A stretch of DNA of 64,000 nt from positions 416,001 through 480,000 of the forward strand of contig OZ245842.1 of assembly GCA_965228895.1 (NCBI GenBank), written 5' to 3'. The notes beneath the pieces are model-generated. The model worked only from the letters and a program-made list of their open reading frames with translations. It did not search any database and had not been told where the DNA came from. The DNA comes from Alphaproteobacteria bacterium. GTDB lineage: Bacteria > Pseudomonadota > Alphaproteobacteria > SP197. The position numbers and the translations under genes are program-made. Shown one piece after another: positions 28,742 through 38,874 of this stretch (its first letter is position 1; the number at the start of each line of letters is the position of its first letter).

Positions 28742-29866
28742 ATGACATCACGTCGTTTGGTTCGGGAGCCGGGTTACCGGCTTGGACGCCGCCAGGTACT
28801 GGCTGGCGCGGCAGGCATCACGTCCGCGTTGGCGTTCGGCCCGCGGGCTTGGGCACTCGACCGTAGCGAGGTCGACGCTGCTTCAGGCACGGTGAAGATG
28901 CTCGTCTGGGAGGGCTATGACAATCCCGACGCCTTCGCCGCGTTAAGCGACATCCAGATCGAGGCGGGTTACTTGGCCGCCAACGAGGACACCATCACCA
29001 AGACCCAACCGGCCGGCGCGTTCGACATGCTGACGATTTACCAGGGCATGGTCGACCCGCTGATGGCGACCGACCGGGTGATGCCAATCGACACGTCCTT
29101 GCTGAACAACTATGGCCAGCTCTATCCCTTCTTCCGAGATTCCGAAGCGTTCCAGCGTGACGGCAAAGTCTATGCCGTGCCTTATGCCTGGGGCTCGATG
29201 GAAGTTCTCTACGATGCCGACAACACGTCGGCGCCAAAGAGCTTTGACGATCTGATGAGCCCGGACCTGACCGGCAAGATCGCCATGGTCGACGACGCCT
29301 ATGCCAGCATCACGACGTTTGCCCGTTATGCCGGTTTCCAGAACGCCAATCGCCTGACCAGCGACGAGCTCGATAAGACCATGGATCTTTTGTTGACGTT
29401 CAAGCCGCAGCTTCTGACCATCGCGCCCAGCTACGGCGAGTTGCCGGCCATGTTCTCGCGCCGCGAGATCCTGGTCTCGGTGCCGGACTGGGTGCCGACG
29501 GCGCTGGCCGCGCGAGACAGCGACGTCAATGTCCAGGCAACGCTGCCGGAGGAAGGCGGACTGAGTTTTGTCGATAGTTGGATGACGGTTGTCGGCGCCG
29601 AGAACGAGGCCGGTGCTTACGCCGTCATGGACCAGGCCATTGGTGCCCAGGCCCAGGCCGTGATCGGCGAATACACGTGGCTTGGCATCGTCAATCCAGA
29701 GGGCGTCTCCTTGATGAGCGACACCATGGCAAACGCTTACAGCTATGATGGGATCGATCAGGTCTTCGCCAAGGCGCCGCTGTTCGCCGGTGTGCCCGTC
29801 GAGTCGGACGAATACACGACGCTCGACGAGTGGCTGGCACGCTGGACCGACTTCAAAGCGGCCTGA
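28742..29866 (+). CDS. Polyamine-type (PotD/PotF-like) ABC substrate-binding protein, Tat-exported
   Basis: GRRQVL leader; WEGY, YAVPYAWG, PEEGGLSFVDSW, WTDFKAA. Confidence 0.88.
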   Translation: MTSRRLVREPGYRLGRRQVLAGAAGITSALAFGPRAWALDRSEVDAASGTVKMLVWEGYDNPDAFAALSDIQIEAGYLAANEDTITKTQPAGAFDMLTIYQGMVDPLMATDRVMPIDTSLLNNYGQLYPFFRDSEAFQRDGKVYAVPYAWGSMEVLYDADNTSAPKSFDDLMSPDLTGKIAMVDDAYASITTFARYAGFQNANRLTSDELDKTMDLLLTFKPQLLTIAPSYGELPAMFSRREILVSVPDWVPTALAARDSDVNVQATLPEEGGLSFVDSWMTVVGAENEAGAYAVMDQAIGAQAQAVIGEYTWLGIVNPEGVSLMSDTMANAYSYDGIDQVFAKAPLFAGVPVESDEYTTLDEWLARWTDFKAA

Positions 29867-29934
29867 GGTCACATGATGTCGAGTTGCCTGCATCTTCCCC
29901 CCGCAAGGGGGGAGGACCGGTAACGAGGCAGGGC

Positions 29935-31014
29935 ATGGTTCAGGCAGGCAGTGTCTCGCTCAGAGACGTATCGAAACACTTCGGTGATCTGGTCGCGGTC
30001 CGACATGTCGACCTCGACATCCAGGACGGCGAGTTCCTGACGCTGCTTGGTCCGTCGGGCTGCGGCAAGACGACCCTCTTGCGCATGATTGCCGGTTTCG
30101 AGAAACCGAGCACGGGATCGATCGCCATCGGCGATACCGACATCACCTTCCTGGCGCCCGAGGACCGCCCGCTCAACATGGTCTTTCAACGCTATGCTTT
30201 GTTTCCCCACCTGAATGTCTTCGACAACGTCGCCTATGGCCTGCGTGTCAAGGGCGGCAAATCCGAGGATGTGCGGACGAGCGTCGGGCGTGCGTTGGAG
30301 ATGGTCGACATGGTGGCGTTTGCGGACGCCGACGTGACGCGGCTGTCGGGCGGGCAGTCACAGCGTGTGGCGCTGGCGCGCGCCCTGGTTAACGAGCCTC
30401 CCGTCCTGCTTCTCGATGAGCCGCTGGGCGCCCTAGACCTCCAACTCAGAAAGCGCATGCAGGTCGAGCTGCGTGATATTCAGCACCGCCTGGGGACGAC
30501 CTTCATCTTCGTAACCCACGACCAGGAAGAGGCGCTCGCCATGAGCGGGCGCATCGCCGTCTTCCAGTCGGGCGACCTGATCCAGGTCGGCGCCCCCGAA
30601 GACGTTTACCGCAGGCCCGCCACCCGGTTTGTCGCTTCGTTCATCGGCGAGGGTACGCTGATCGCCGGTGCCGCCGGGCGCAACGGTGGGCGTCTCGTCG
30701 CGCGTCTCGACGGCGCTGCCCGGCCGATCGACATCACGACGAGCCACGCCGACAGTATACCCGACGGAGAAAATGGTGCGGTGTTGATCCGCCCGGAGCA
30801 CCTGCGGCTGGTGGACGCGGCCGAAGGGCGTCTCACTGGGCGCGTGCGCGACCGTATCTTTCTGGGCGCGCAGTACCGCTATTTGGTGATTTTGCCAGAT
30901 GGGTCGGAAGCCAAGGCGGACGCAGCCTTCGGGGTGGCGCCGCAAGCAGGCGACGAGGTGGGCCTCGACTGGGATGACGCCGCCGCCGTTTGGGTCAGGG
31001 AGGGTGCGCCGTGA
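29935..31014 (+). CDS. PotA-like ABC ATP-binding protein
   Basis: GPSGCGKTT, LSGGQSQRVALARAL, LDEPLGALD, THDQEEAL, TOBE C-terminus. Confidence 0.93.
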   Translation: MVQAGSVSLRDVSKHFGDLVAVRHVDLDIQDGEFLTLLGPSGCGKTTLLRMIAGFEKPSTGSIAIGDTDITFLAPEDRPLNMVFQRYALFPHLNVFDNVAYGLRVKGGKSEDVRTSVGRALEMVDMVAFADADVTRLSGGQSQRVALARALVNEPPVLLLDEPLGALDLQLRKRMQVELRDIQHRLGTTFIFVTHDQEEALAMSGRIAVFQSGDLIQVGAPEDVYRRPATRFVASFIGEGTLIAGAAGRNGGRLVARLDGAARPIDITTSHADSIPDGENGAVLIRPEHLRLVDAAEGRLTGRVRDRIFLGAQYRYLVILPDGSEAKADAAFGVAPQAGDEVGLDWDDAAAVWVREGAP

Positions 31015-32729
31015 CCGGGCGCCTGGCACGCCTGCTGCCGCTGCCGGCGACGCCGGTTGCGATCTATCTTGTCGTGATTCTGGTCGCCCCGGTTTCGGTC
31101 ATGGCGGTCTACAGCTTCTGGAAGGCAAGCTTCTTTGCCGTCACCCGCGATTTCACCCTCGACAACTACGTGCGCATCGTCGACCAGGCACTCTATATCG
31201 AGCTCATCCTAAGATCCCTCACCATCGGTCTGGTGGTCGCCGCGATCTGCGTGCCGCTGAGTTATCTGCTGGCCTTTGCCGTCACCTTCCGCTTTCCCAA
31301 ATGGGGCAGGGCGATCCTGGTGCTCATCATGCTGTCCATGCTGTCGAGCTATCTGGTACGCATCTACGCCTGGAAGACGATCCTGGGCCCCCAAGGCGCG
31401 ATCAACCAGCTCCTGATGGCGACCGGTTTGATCGACGAACCGCTCGCCTTCTTGCTCTATGGCGACTTCGCGCTGGTCGTCACTTTGACTCACATCTTGG
31501 TGCCCTATGCGGTGTTGCCGATCTATTCGGCGATGCAGAACATCGACCGTCAGACGCTGGAGGCCTCGCGCGATCTGGGCGCAACGTCGACCGGCACGTT
31601 CTGGCGTGTGCTGTTGCCGCAATCGATGACAGGCGTTGTCACCGCCTTCATCTTCTGCTTCATCCTGGCCGCCGCCGATTACGTCACGCCGCAATTGGTC
31701 GGCGGCAAGTCGGGCATGCTGGTCGGACGCGTGATCGCCGATCAGTACGGGCTCGCCGGCAATCCGCCCTTCGGCGCGGCTCTGTCGATCGGCCTGATGC
31801 TTGGGTTCGGTGTCGTCTTGGTGCTGCTTGCCATGCTGCGGCGTTTCCTGGTCCCGGTGTTTCACCGCATCCTGCTGTCGACGGGCCAACATCGGCCGGG
31901 CACGCGCCGCCACGCGTATCGCAGGTCCTGGGGACCGGAGATTGGCACCATCGCCCTTCTGGTCTTCCTCTACGCACCGTTGATCATCGTGTTGGTCTTC
32001 TCGTTCAACGCGACGCCGTCGGGCATCTTTCCGATCAAGGGGCTGACCCTGCGCTGGTACGAAGAGCTTCTGGCCTCGCCGACATTCGGTCGTGCGCTGA
32101 GGACAAGCATCACCATCGCCTGCATCACCGTGGTGGGCAGCCTGTTGATCGCAAGTCCGGCAGCCTTTGCGCTTGTACGCCGGCGCTTCGTGACGAAGCC
32201 AGCTCTACTCGGTCTTATCATCGGCCCCATCGCGGTACCGGGCGTGGTCATCGGCGTGGCGCTGATTTCCGCAGTCGCCGTGATCGGGTTCGAGCCCGGC
32301 TTGGTCATCACCTCTCTGGCGCACATCCTCTTCACGCTGCCGTTTGTCGTGCTTGTCGTACGCGCCCGTCTCAGCGATTTCGACCGTCAGATCGAGGAGG
32401 CGGCGCGCGATCTCGGCGCGCGCCCGTGGAAGGTCCTGCGGACGGTCACCCTGCCGCTGATCTCGCCGACCTTGATCGGCGCGGGTATTCTGGTGTTCGC
32501 GTTGTCGATCGACGAGTTCATCATCACGAACTTTGTCATCGGTGCGAACGCGACACTGCCGGTATTGATCTGGAGTCAGATGCGCACGGGCATCACGCCC
32601 TCGGTGAATGCTATGTCGACGGTGATTCTTCTGACGACCCTGGGCCTGATCGCGTTGGCCGGATTGCTGCTGTGGCGCCGCCAGGCGAGTGCAGCGCGGG
32701 CGGTGGGCTTGAATTCGAAGGAAGCGTGA
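31011..32729 (+). CDS. Fused PotB/PotC-type ABC permease (two membrane domains)
   Basis: Two EAA loops (EASRDLGA and EEAARDLGA) in one 573-aa frame. Confidence 0.9.
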   Translation: MTGRLARLLPLPATPVAIYLVVILVAPVSVMAVYSFWKASFFAVTRDFTLDNYVRIVDQALYIELILRSLTIGLVVAAICVPLSYLLAFAVTFRFPKWGRAILVLIMLSMLSSYLVRIYAWKTILGPQGAINQLLMATGLIDEPLAFLLYGDFALVVTLTHILVPYAVLPIYSAMQNIDRQTLEASRDLGATSTGTFWRVLLPQSMTGVVTAFIFCFILAAADYVTPQLVGGKSGMLVGRVIADQYGLAGNPPFGAALSIGLMLGFGVVLVLLAMLRRFLVPVFHRILLSTGQHRPGTRRHAYRRSWGPEIGTIALLVFLYAPLIIVLVFSFNATPSGIFPIKGLTLRWYEELLASPTFGRALRTSITIACITVVGSLLIASPAAFALVRRRFVTKPALLGLIIGPIAVPGVVIGVALISAVAVIGFEPGLVITSLAHILFTLPFVVLVVRARLSDFDRQIEEAARDLGARPWKVLRTVTLPLISPTLIGAGILVFALSIDEFIITNFVIGANATLPVLIWSQMRTGITPSVNAMSTVILLTTLGLIALAGLLLWRRQASAARAVGLNSKEA

Positions 32730-32792
32730 AGTCATGCCACACCGCACGACTGACTTGACTGGACCCAACGTGCGCCGCGGCGCCGGAAAGGA

Positions 32793-33944
32793 GTGATGAC
32801 CATGGACCCGGTTGAGCTGACCCAAAAGCTGGTCCGGATACCGGGCGTGTCGGGTCAAGAAGGCAACGTTGCGGACGTGGTCGAGCAGACTATGCTGGAT
32901 CTCGGTTTTCGCGAGGTGGTGCGCGACAGGTTCGGTGCAGTGATCGGACTGGCTGGACCGGAAGACGCCGTCACAAAGCTCTTGTTCGATGGCCATATGG
33001 ATGTCGTGCCGGTGGTCGGCGATTGGGCCGTGGATCCTTTCGGCGCCGAGATTGTCGACGGCAGACTCTATGGCCGCGGCTCGACCGATATGAAAGGTGG
33101 CCTGTCGGCGGCGATCTGCGGTGTCGCGGCGGCTGCCGAGACGGGAGAGCTCAAGCACCAGGTCGCGGTCTCGGCGACCGTGCTCGAAGAGGTTATCGAG
33201 GGCATCGCGCTGGGCGAGGTCATGGATCGCTTGTCGCCGGAGTCCGTCGTGATCTGCGAACCTTCGGGCCTGCAACTGAAGACGGCGCAACGCGGACGCC
33301 TGGAGATCCTGCTCAAGATCCATGGCGAACCCGCCCATGCCGCTCATCCCGAGCGCGGCATCAACGCCATCGAGTTTGCCATGCGGGCGCTCCGAGCTTT
33401 CGATGCCATGGCGCCCGTGACCGACAAGGAGCTCGGCAAGGGCATCCTGGTGGCGACCGACATCGTCTCTGACCCCTATCCGTCGATCTCCATGCTACCG
33501 TCGTCGGTGACCATTCGTTTCGACCGGCGCACCTTGGTGGGCGAAGATCGCGATGGGATACTGAATGCCATGCGCGATACCCTTGTCGCCGATAACATAT
33601 CCGACTTCGATGTCTCGGTGACGGAAAGTGAGGTGGCAACCTATACGGAACAGTCGATGACGCCGCCGCGCTGGTTGCCGGCATGGCGCCTGGACCGTGA
33701 ACATGCCCTGGTGCATGCGGGTCTGACGGCGATCGAAAAGGCGGGCGTCGAGCCGAAGCTTGGCGTGTTTGCGTTCTGCACGAACGGTTCGGAGTCGGCC
33801 GGAAATCGCGACATTCCGACCATCGGCATCGGGCCGGGCAACGAGGCCGACGCCCACATCATCGACGAATCGGTGGCGGTCGACGAGGTGCGCGCGGCAT
33901 GTGACATCTATCGCAACCTGGTCCTCGAACTTGCGGGGGACTGA
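32793..33944 (+). CDS. M20 metallo-hydrolase (ArgE/DapE/YgeY-like)
   Basis: DGHMDVV, GRGSTDMKG, LEE, ICEP, AHAAHPERG, GPGNEADAHIIDE. Confidence 0.9.
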   Translation: MMTMDPVELTQKLVRIPGVSGQEGNVADVVEQTMLDLGFREVVRDRFGAVIGLAGPEDAVTKLLFDGHMDVVPVVGDWAVDPFGAEIVDGRLYGRGSTDMKGGLSAAICGVAAAAETGELKHQVAVSATVLEEVIEGIALGEVMDRLSPESVVICEPSGLQLKTAQRGRLEILLKIHGEPAHAAHPERGINAIEFAMRALRAFDAMAPVTDKELGKGILVATDIVSDPYPSISMLPSSVTIRFDRRTLVGEDRDGILNAMRDTLVADNISDFDVSVTESEVATYTEQSMTPPRWLPAWRLDREHALVHAGLTAIEKAGVEPKLGVFAFCTNGSESAGNRDIPTIGIGPGNEADAHIIDESVAVDEVRAACDIYRNLVLELAGD

Positions 33945-33945
33945 C

Positions 33946-34716
33946 GTGGCGGACCACCGACATCGTATCGAACTGGACGGGCATCGCATCATGGTGACCG
34001 GCGCCGGCGGCGGCATGGGACGCGGCATTGCCCTGGCCTTCGCATCGTGGGGTGCGCGCGTCGCGGTCAGCGATCTGACGCATGAAACCGCGGAGGCGAC
34101 CTTAGCTGCGATCAAGGAGGCCGGTGGCGACGGTGTTGCGATCGCCATGAACGTTGCCGACGAAACCAGCGTCGATGCCGGTGTCGACGCCGGTTGGCGG
34201 GCATGGGGCGGACTCGACCTCTTGGTCAACAACGCAGGGGTCCTGACGGTCTCTAACGTCGTCGACATGGCGCTCGAAGACTGGCGGTTTGTCCTGGGCG
34301 TCAATGCGACCGGCGTATTCCTGGTGTCCCGCGCCGTAGCGCAACGCATGATCGCGGCCGGCGAGCCGGCGTCGATCATCTCGACCTCGTCGATTGCTGG
34401 CAAGCATGGCGATGCCGGTCTGGCCCACTACAGCGCCTCGAAGTTTGCCGTCGTCGGATTCACCCAGGCCCTGGCGGCGGAACTGGCGCCGCACGACATC
34501 CTGGTCAACGCGATCTGTCCGGGGACCGTCGAAACGACCATGATGGTCAATCTGACGACCGGCGCCCGGACCTCCGTCGCCGAATACGTGGGGGACCAAC
34601 TCATCAAACGCCCGCAAACGCCCGACGACATGGCCTACGCGTTGGCATTCTTGCACACCTCGCGCGCGATGACCGGCCAGGCGCTCAACGTCGACGGCGG
34701 CACTGTGTTTAACTGA
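33946..34716 (+). CDS. Short-chain dehydrogenase/reductase
   Basis: TGAGGGMG, NNAG, YSASK, VNAICPG; GTG start. Confidence 0.92.
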   Translation: MADHRHRIELDGHRIMVTGAGGGMGRGIALAFASWGARVAVSDLTHETAEATLAAIKEAGGDGVAIAMNVADETSVDAGVDAGWRAWGGLDLLVNNAGVLTVSNVVDMALEDWRFVLGVNATGVFLVSRAVAQRMIAAGEPASIISTSSIAGKHGDAGLAHYSASKFAVVGFTQALAAELAPHDILVNAICPGTVETTMMVNLTTGARTSVAEYVGDQLIKRPQTPDDMAYALAFLHTSRAMTGQALNVDGGTVFN

Positions 34717-34728
34717 CGAGGCGGGACC

Positions 34729-35193
34729 ATGGCCATCAAGGGAGTTCTTCACACCAGCTTCACTGTCGCGGACATGCAGAAGTCGCTCGATTTTTGGACC
34801 GGTCCGCTCGGGTTCCACCTGGTCGCACGGGGGCCGTGGCAAAGCGATGCCCTGGGCCGTGTCGTCGGCGTGCCAGGCGTCAAGATGGATATTGCCATCC
34901 TGGAAGGCTACGGCCACGGCGTCGAGCTGATCGCTTGTCACGCGCCCGATGCCGTCCCCCTCGATGTTCAGCCGCATCGGCCCCTCGCGTCCCATCTGGC
35001 GCTCGAGGTCGGCGACATCAAAACGACCACCGCGGCACTTCTGGATGCCGGCGCGAGCCTACAGGGCGAGATCGACTTCTTGGGCGACGATCCGTCGGAT
35101 GCCGGCTGGGCGGTCTATTTACGTGATCCCAACGGCATCATCATCGAGTTGATTCAGCCAGCCGCTTTAACTTGTCAGGACTCGAAAGCTTGA
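34729..35193 (+). CDS. VOC/glyoxalase-family protein
   Basis: HTSFTVADM...VELI...HLALEV...DPNGIIIEL metal-binding pattern. Confidence 0.9.
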   Translation: MAIKGVLHTSFTVADMQKSLDFWTGPLGFHLVARGPWQSDALGRVVGVPGVKMDIAILEGYGHGVELIACHAPDAVPLDVQPHRPLASHLALEVGDIKTTTAALLDAGASLQGEIDFLGDDPSDAGWAVYLRDPNGIIIELIQPAALTCQDSKA

Positions 35194-35210
35194 CAAGCGT
35201 CGTGTGGACA

Positions 35211-35356
35211 CTCGAGCCCATGCGTCTCGTTGACGTGGTCATTCCCTGATACCATCCCGAAAATTCCCTCTTCCAGTCCGGGAGCAGGCCATATTTTCCC
35301 TGTTAACAGGGAAATCGCGGCGGAGACGGGTTCGCAGCAGACTGCCCGCACCACCA
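35211..35356 (+). repeat. Copy 1 of a composite direct repeat (16-bp box, 20-bp palindrome, 34-bp core)
   Basis: CTCGAGCCCATGCGTC (35211); perfect palindrome TTTCCCTGTTAACAGGGAAA (35295-35314); core GAGACGGGTTCGCAGCAGACTGCCCGCACCACCA (35323-35356) identical to 47503-47536. Confidence 0.9.
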
Positions 35357-35383
35357 TTTTCCATAATGCAGGTTATGGGGCTC
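35356..35383. other. dif-like recombination site 2
   Basis: ATTTTCCATAA-TGCAGG-TTATGGGGCTC, abutting the 34-bp repeat core. Confidence 0.68.
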
Positions 35384-35442
35384 AAACCGAGCTTGGGTGG
35401 CACCGGGAGTTCTGCCCCTCGCCTTGCTGACCCTTGCGGAGG

Positions 35443-35640
35443 TTAGTGTTCCGGCGTTTGATGGTCTGAATGCCATGGGCGGCCGTCGATCTGGACGCCT
35501 ATGGCGCCATGCCTTTTCACCAAGACCTCAAGATGAATGAGTGCCTCGTGGAGGCATGCAAATGATGTCTCGGTTTCCAGGCTGACGGCATCCACGATAT
35601 CGACACCGCGCGCAGACGCTATGACTTGGTAGCCTTTCAT
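35443..35640 (-). CDS. Small hypothetical protein (65 aa)
   Basis: MKGYQVIASARG... preceded by a GAGG RBS; divergent from dhaK; no recognised motif. Confidence 0.4.
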   Translation of the reverse strand: MKGYQVIASARGVDIVDAVSLETETSFACLHEALIHLEVLVKRHGAIGVQIDGRPWHSDHQTPEH

Positions 35641-35678
35641 GGGGACCTCTCGCAGGACCGGTGCAGCACACTTGACCG

Positions 35679-35707
35679 TAGAGTTTAGTTTAGTAGAGTT
35701 GAGTTTG
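35679..35707. promoter_or_regulatory. Candidate operator upstream of dhaK (GTTTAGTTTA half-site plus degenerate direct repeat)
   Basis: AGAGTTTAGTTTAG...AGAGTTGAGTTTG; the same 10-mer forms the palindrome at 45888-45917. Confidence 0.55.
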
Positions 35708-35801
35708 TTGTGCAACGACACTAGAAAACCCAGTCCGGCTGGGGTTGATTGGCGTTGCCGACTGCTGATGTGGCGTTGCACGGGAGTATGCGGGGGCGGC
35801 C

Positions 35802-36794
35802 ATGAAGAAATTCTTGAATGATGTCGATGACCTGCTTCGTCAAAGCCTGGACGGTTTTGGCGCGGCCCACAGCGGCCTCGTCCAAATTCATCACGAGCCG
35901 ACCTACGTTGTCCGCGCAGGCGGGCCCGTCGCTGGTGAGGTCGCGCTGATTTCCGGCGGCGGTTCGGGGCACGAACCGCTGCACGCCGGTTTTGTCGGCG
36001 CCGGCATGTTGGCGGCGGCCTGTCCCGGCGAGGTCTTCACGTCGCCGACGCCCGACCAGATGCTTGCCGCCGCCGAGGCCGCCGACGGCGGCGCCGGCGT
36101 CCTGTTCATCGTCAAGAACTACTCAGGCGATGTCATGAACTTCGAGATGGCCGCCGAAATGTATGGCGGCGCGTCGGCGACGGTCTTGGTCAATGACGAC
36201 GTCGCGGTCGAAGACTCCTCGTTCACAACCGGCCGTCGCGGCGTGGCGGGCACGGTTGTGGTGGAGAAGATGGTTGGGGCCGCCGCCGCCGCAGGGGCAA
36301 CATTGGAAACGTGCATGATGCTTGGCGAGCGGGTCAACGCGGCGACACGCTCGATCGGTGTGGCACTCACCAGCTGCACTGTTCCAGCAGCAGGGACGCC
36401 GACTTTCGAACTTGGCGACGATGAAGCGGAGATGGGCGTCGGCATTCACGGCGAGCCCGGGCGGCGGCGCATCAAACTGGCGTCGGCGGCGGATCTCGCT
36501 GAAGAAATGATGTCGGCCATTCTTGCAGAGACTCCGGCAGAAAAGGGTGACCCGGTTCTGCTCCTGGCGAACGGCTTCGGCGGCACGCCGCTTATGGAGC
36601 TCTACCTGATGTATCAGGAGGCCCGCCTTCGTTTGGAGGATCGTGGCATTCAGGTCGCGCGCAGCCACGTCGGCAACGTCACGACATCGCTCGAAATGCA
36701 CGGTTGTTCGTTCACGGTAACGGCGCTTGACGACGAGATGACAACTCTTTGGAATGCGCCTGTGCAGACTGCAGCGCTACGCTGGGGCTGTTAG
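35802..36794 (+). CDS. dhaK: Dihydroxyacetone kinase subunit DhaK
   Basis: MKKFLN, SGGGSGHEPLHAGFVG, FTSPTPDQ, KNYSGD, GRRGVAG, GIHGEPG, TSLEM. Confidence 0.95.
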   Translation: MKKFLNDVDDLLRQSLDGFGAAHSGLVQIHHEPTYVVRAGGPVAGEVALISGGGSGHEPLHAGFVGAGMLAAACPGEVFTSPTPDQMLAAAEAADGGAGVLFIVKNYSGDVMNFEMAAEMYGGASATVLVNDDVAVEDSSFTTGRRGVAGTVVVEKMVGAAAAAGATLETCMMLGERVNAATRSIGVALTSCTVPAAGTPTFELGDDEAEMGVGIHGEPGRRRIKLASAADLAEEMMSAILAETPAEKGDPVLLLANGFGGTPLMELYLMYQEARLRLEDRGIQVARSHVGNVTTSLEMHGCSFTVTALDDEMTTLWNAPVQTAALRWGC

Positions 36795-36818
36795 GCCCGC
36801 AGACGCCAGGTTGCGGGC

Positions 36819-37274
36819 TTACTCTTTTTCTATCCGCCGCCTGGCAAGGCCGATCATGCGTTTGGCCGTCTGGCGTATGGAATCTTCGAGTTGCTGCTCG
36901 AGTTCCGGGTCACCCAAGTTGGGCAACATAATCGACATTTGACGGCCGTTGTCGCTGACGCTCCTCTTTGAAGCCGCGCTACCGCTTGCGCCCGCTTTGC
37001 GGTTGGGATGCGCTGCCTGATAGGCAGACAGAAATCGCTGTTTCTCGCTCGGCGACAGATGGCAGACCTTGGCGATAACCGAGACGTCGCCTGCCGGGAT
37101 CGGCACCGGATAGGTCGGGTTGGTGATTTGCGAGACAAAGCTCTTATGTTTGCCGAGCGCCTCGGCGATTTTCTGGCGTGTACCGGACGGTCGCAGGTCG
37201 ACGAGTTCGCGGAGCACGGTCTTGTACTCCCTGACCAGGTCTTCGCGGGACCGCACGTCAGATGTCGAGTTCAT
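36819..37274 (-). CDS. Hypothetical protein with HTH-like segment (candidate regulator)
   Basis: RPSGTRQKIAEALGKHKSFVSQITNP looks like a helix-turn-helix; last gene of the PTS/dha operon. Confidence 0.65.
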   Translation of the reverse strand: MNSTSDVRSREDLVREYKTVLRELVDLRPSGTRQKIAEALGKHKSFVSQITNPTYPVPIPAGDVSVIAKVCHLSPSEKQRFLSAYQAAHPNRKAGASGSAASKRSVSDNGRQMSIMLPNLGDPELEQQLEDSIRQTAKRMIGLARRRIEKE

Positions 37275-38874
37275 GGATAGCGGCCTTGATCGTTCCAAGC
37301 GCGGCCGGTGCGATCGAGAGCGATCGCAGCCCAAGCCCAACGAGATCTGCCAGGCATCTCGGATCCGATCCCATGTCGCCGCACAGACTTACCCCCTTGC
37401 CGTCACGGCGACCATGCTCGACGACCCGGGCGATTAACTCAAGCACGGCGGGATTGCGCGGGTCCTGAAGTGAGCTGAGGCTGGCCTCGTCGCGGCTGGC
37501 TGCCGTCGTGTACTGGATGAGGTCATTGGATCCGATCGAATAGAAATCGGCGTCAAACTCCGCGATGCGCAGGGCGGCTGCGGGCACCTCGACCATGATC
37601 CCGATCGGCGGCAGTCGGTCGGACCGTTCGCCTGACGCCATGGCGGCATGGGTCTCGGTTATCAAACGGCGTGCCTCTTCAAACTCTTCTGGCGCCGTCA
37701 CCATGGGCAGCATGATCCGCATGTCGCCATCAGCTGCGGCACGCAGCATGGCGCGGATTTGGGTTTGAAAGGTCTCGGGACGCTCCAGCGACAAGCGCAA
37801 GCCCCGCACGCCCAGAAACGGGTTCATCTCGCCACTATGGGTCAGACCGGGGATCGGTTTGTCGCCGCCGGCATCCAGTGTACGGAAGATGATCGGTTTG
37901 CCGCGCGACCATGCCATCACCCGATGATACGTGGCGGTCTGCGTGGCCTCATCTGGCAAGGTGCCGCCGTCGTCCAGCTGAAGTTCGGTTCTGACAAGGC
38001 CGCTGCCGTCGCAATGATCGATGTCAATGGCGGGCAGAAGGGCGGGGTCGTCGATGTTGACCAGAACGGCGACCGACGTGCCGCGCCGTGTCGTGGCGGG
38101 CAGCGGCAGGAGCCGGGCCTGCTCGCGCCGGCTCTTGGCCAGGCGGGTAAGACGCTGGTCAAAGTCGCGCTTTGCTTCCGCAGTGGGATCGATCACCAGA
38201 ACGCCCTGTTCGGCATCGACCAAGGCGCATCCGGCGTCTGCGATGGCGGCCTCGGCGGCATCACCAAGGCCGACCAGCATGGGCAGACCGCGCGCGCGCG
38301 CCAGGATGGCGACATGGCTGGTCGCGCTTCCGGCCCGCAAGACAAGGGCCGCCATGCCGTGGGACGCCAGGGCAAGGAAACGCGACGGTGGCATGTCGCT
38401 GGCGATGACAACGTGGCCGGAAACCTTGTCATCGATCGCCGCCGCATGGCCTTGCAAGTGGTCGAGAACACGGTCGCGAAGATCCGCAAGGTCAGCCGCG
38501 CGGGCCCGGAAGTACGCGCTGTCACCGTCTTGATAGATGGCTATCTGGCTACCGAGGGCGTTTGTCCACGCGGTGTCGGCGGCGGTGCCATCGGCGATCT
38601 CCGGATAGGCGGCGGCGGTCAGCTCGTCATCCTCAAGCATGGCGATCTGGAATTCGAGGATTTCCGATGCCAGGTCATCGGCATGCTGTCGAAGGAAATC
38701 CAAGTCACGGACGGCCGCGCCGACGGCGTCTCGCAAGGCGTCCGCCTCGGCGCCGGGCGCCAGGGCTTGCCGGGCTTGACCCTTGCCCCTGGCATCGAGC
38801 CATAGCGGGCCTTTGGCCAGGCCCGGTGAGGCGGCTTGTCCGCTCAGCACGTTAGCCGTCGACCCGCGTTTCAT
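37258..38874 (-). CDS. ptsI: PEP-protein phosphotransferase (Enzyme I)
   Basis: TSHVAILARA (phospho-His), GLVRTE, RTLDAGGDK, NPFLGVRGLR, MVEVP, SIGSNDL, SLCGD. Confidence 0.93.
   Translation of the reverse strand: MKRGSTANVLSGQAASPGLAKGPLWLDARGKGQARQALAPGAEADALRDAVGAAVRDLDFLRQHADDLASEILEFQIAMLEDDELTAAAYPEIADGTAADTAWTNALGSQIAIYQDGDSAYFRARAADLADLRDRVLDHLQGHAAAIDDKVSGHVVIASDMPPSRFLALASHGMAALVLRAGSATSHVAILARARGLPMLVGLGDAAEAAIADAGCALVDAEQGVLVIDPTAEAKRDFDQRLTRLAKSRREQARLLPLPATTRRGTSVAVLVNIDDPALLPAIDIDHCDGSGLVRTELQLDDGGTLPDEATQTATYHRVMAWSRGKPIIFRTLDAGGDKPIPGLTHSGEMNPFLGVRGLRLSLERPETFQTQIRAMLRAAADGDMRIMLPMVTAPEEFEEARRLITETHAAMASGERSDRLPPIGIMVEVPAAALRIAEFDADFYSIGSNDLIQYTTAASRDEASLSSLQDPRNPAVLELIARVVEHGRRDGKGVSLCGDMGSDPRCLADLVGLGLRSLSIAPAALGTIKAAIHELDI

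Noticed and set aside
30899-32758. 619-aa alternative-frame ORF overlapping the permease
   Set aside because: Arg/Pro/Gly-rich shadow frame typical of high-GC DNA; the overlapping frame has clear permease motifs.
35323-35356. tRNA gene (GGTTCG...CCACCA)
   Set aside because: No cloverleaf, D-arm or anticodon arm can be built upstream, and the T-loop is non-canonical; kept only as a repeat.
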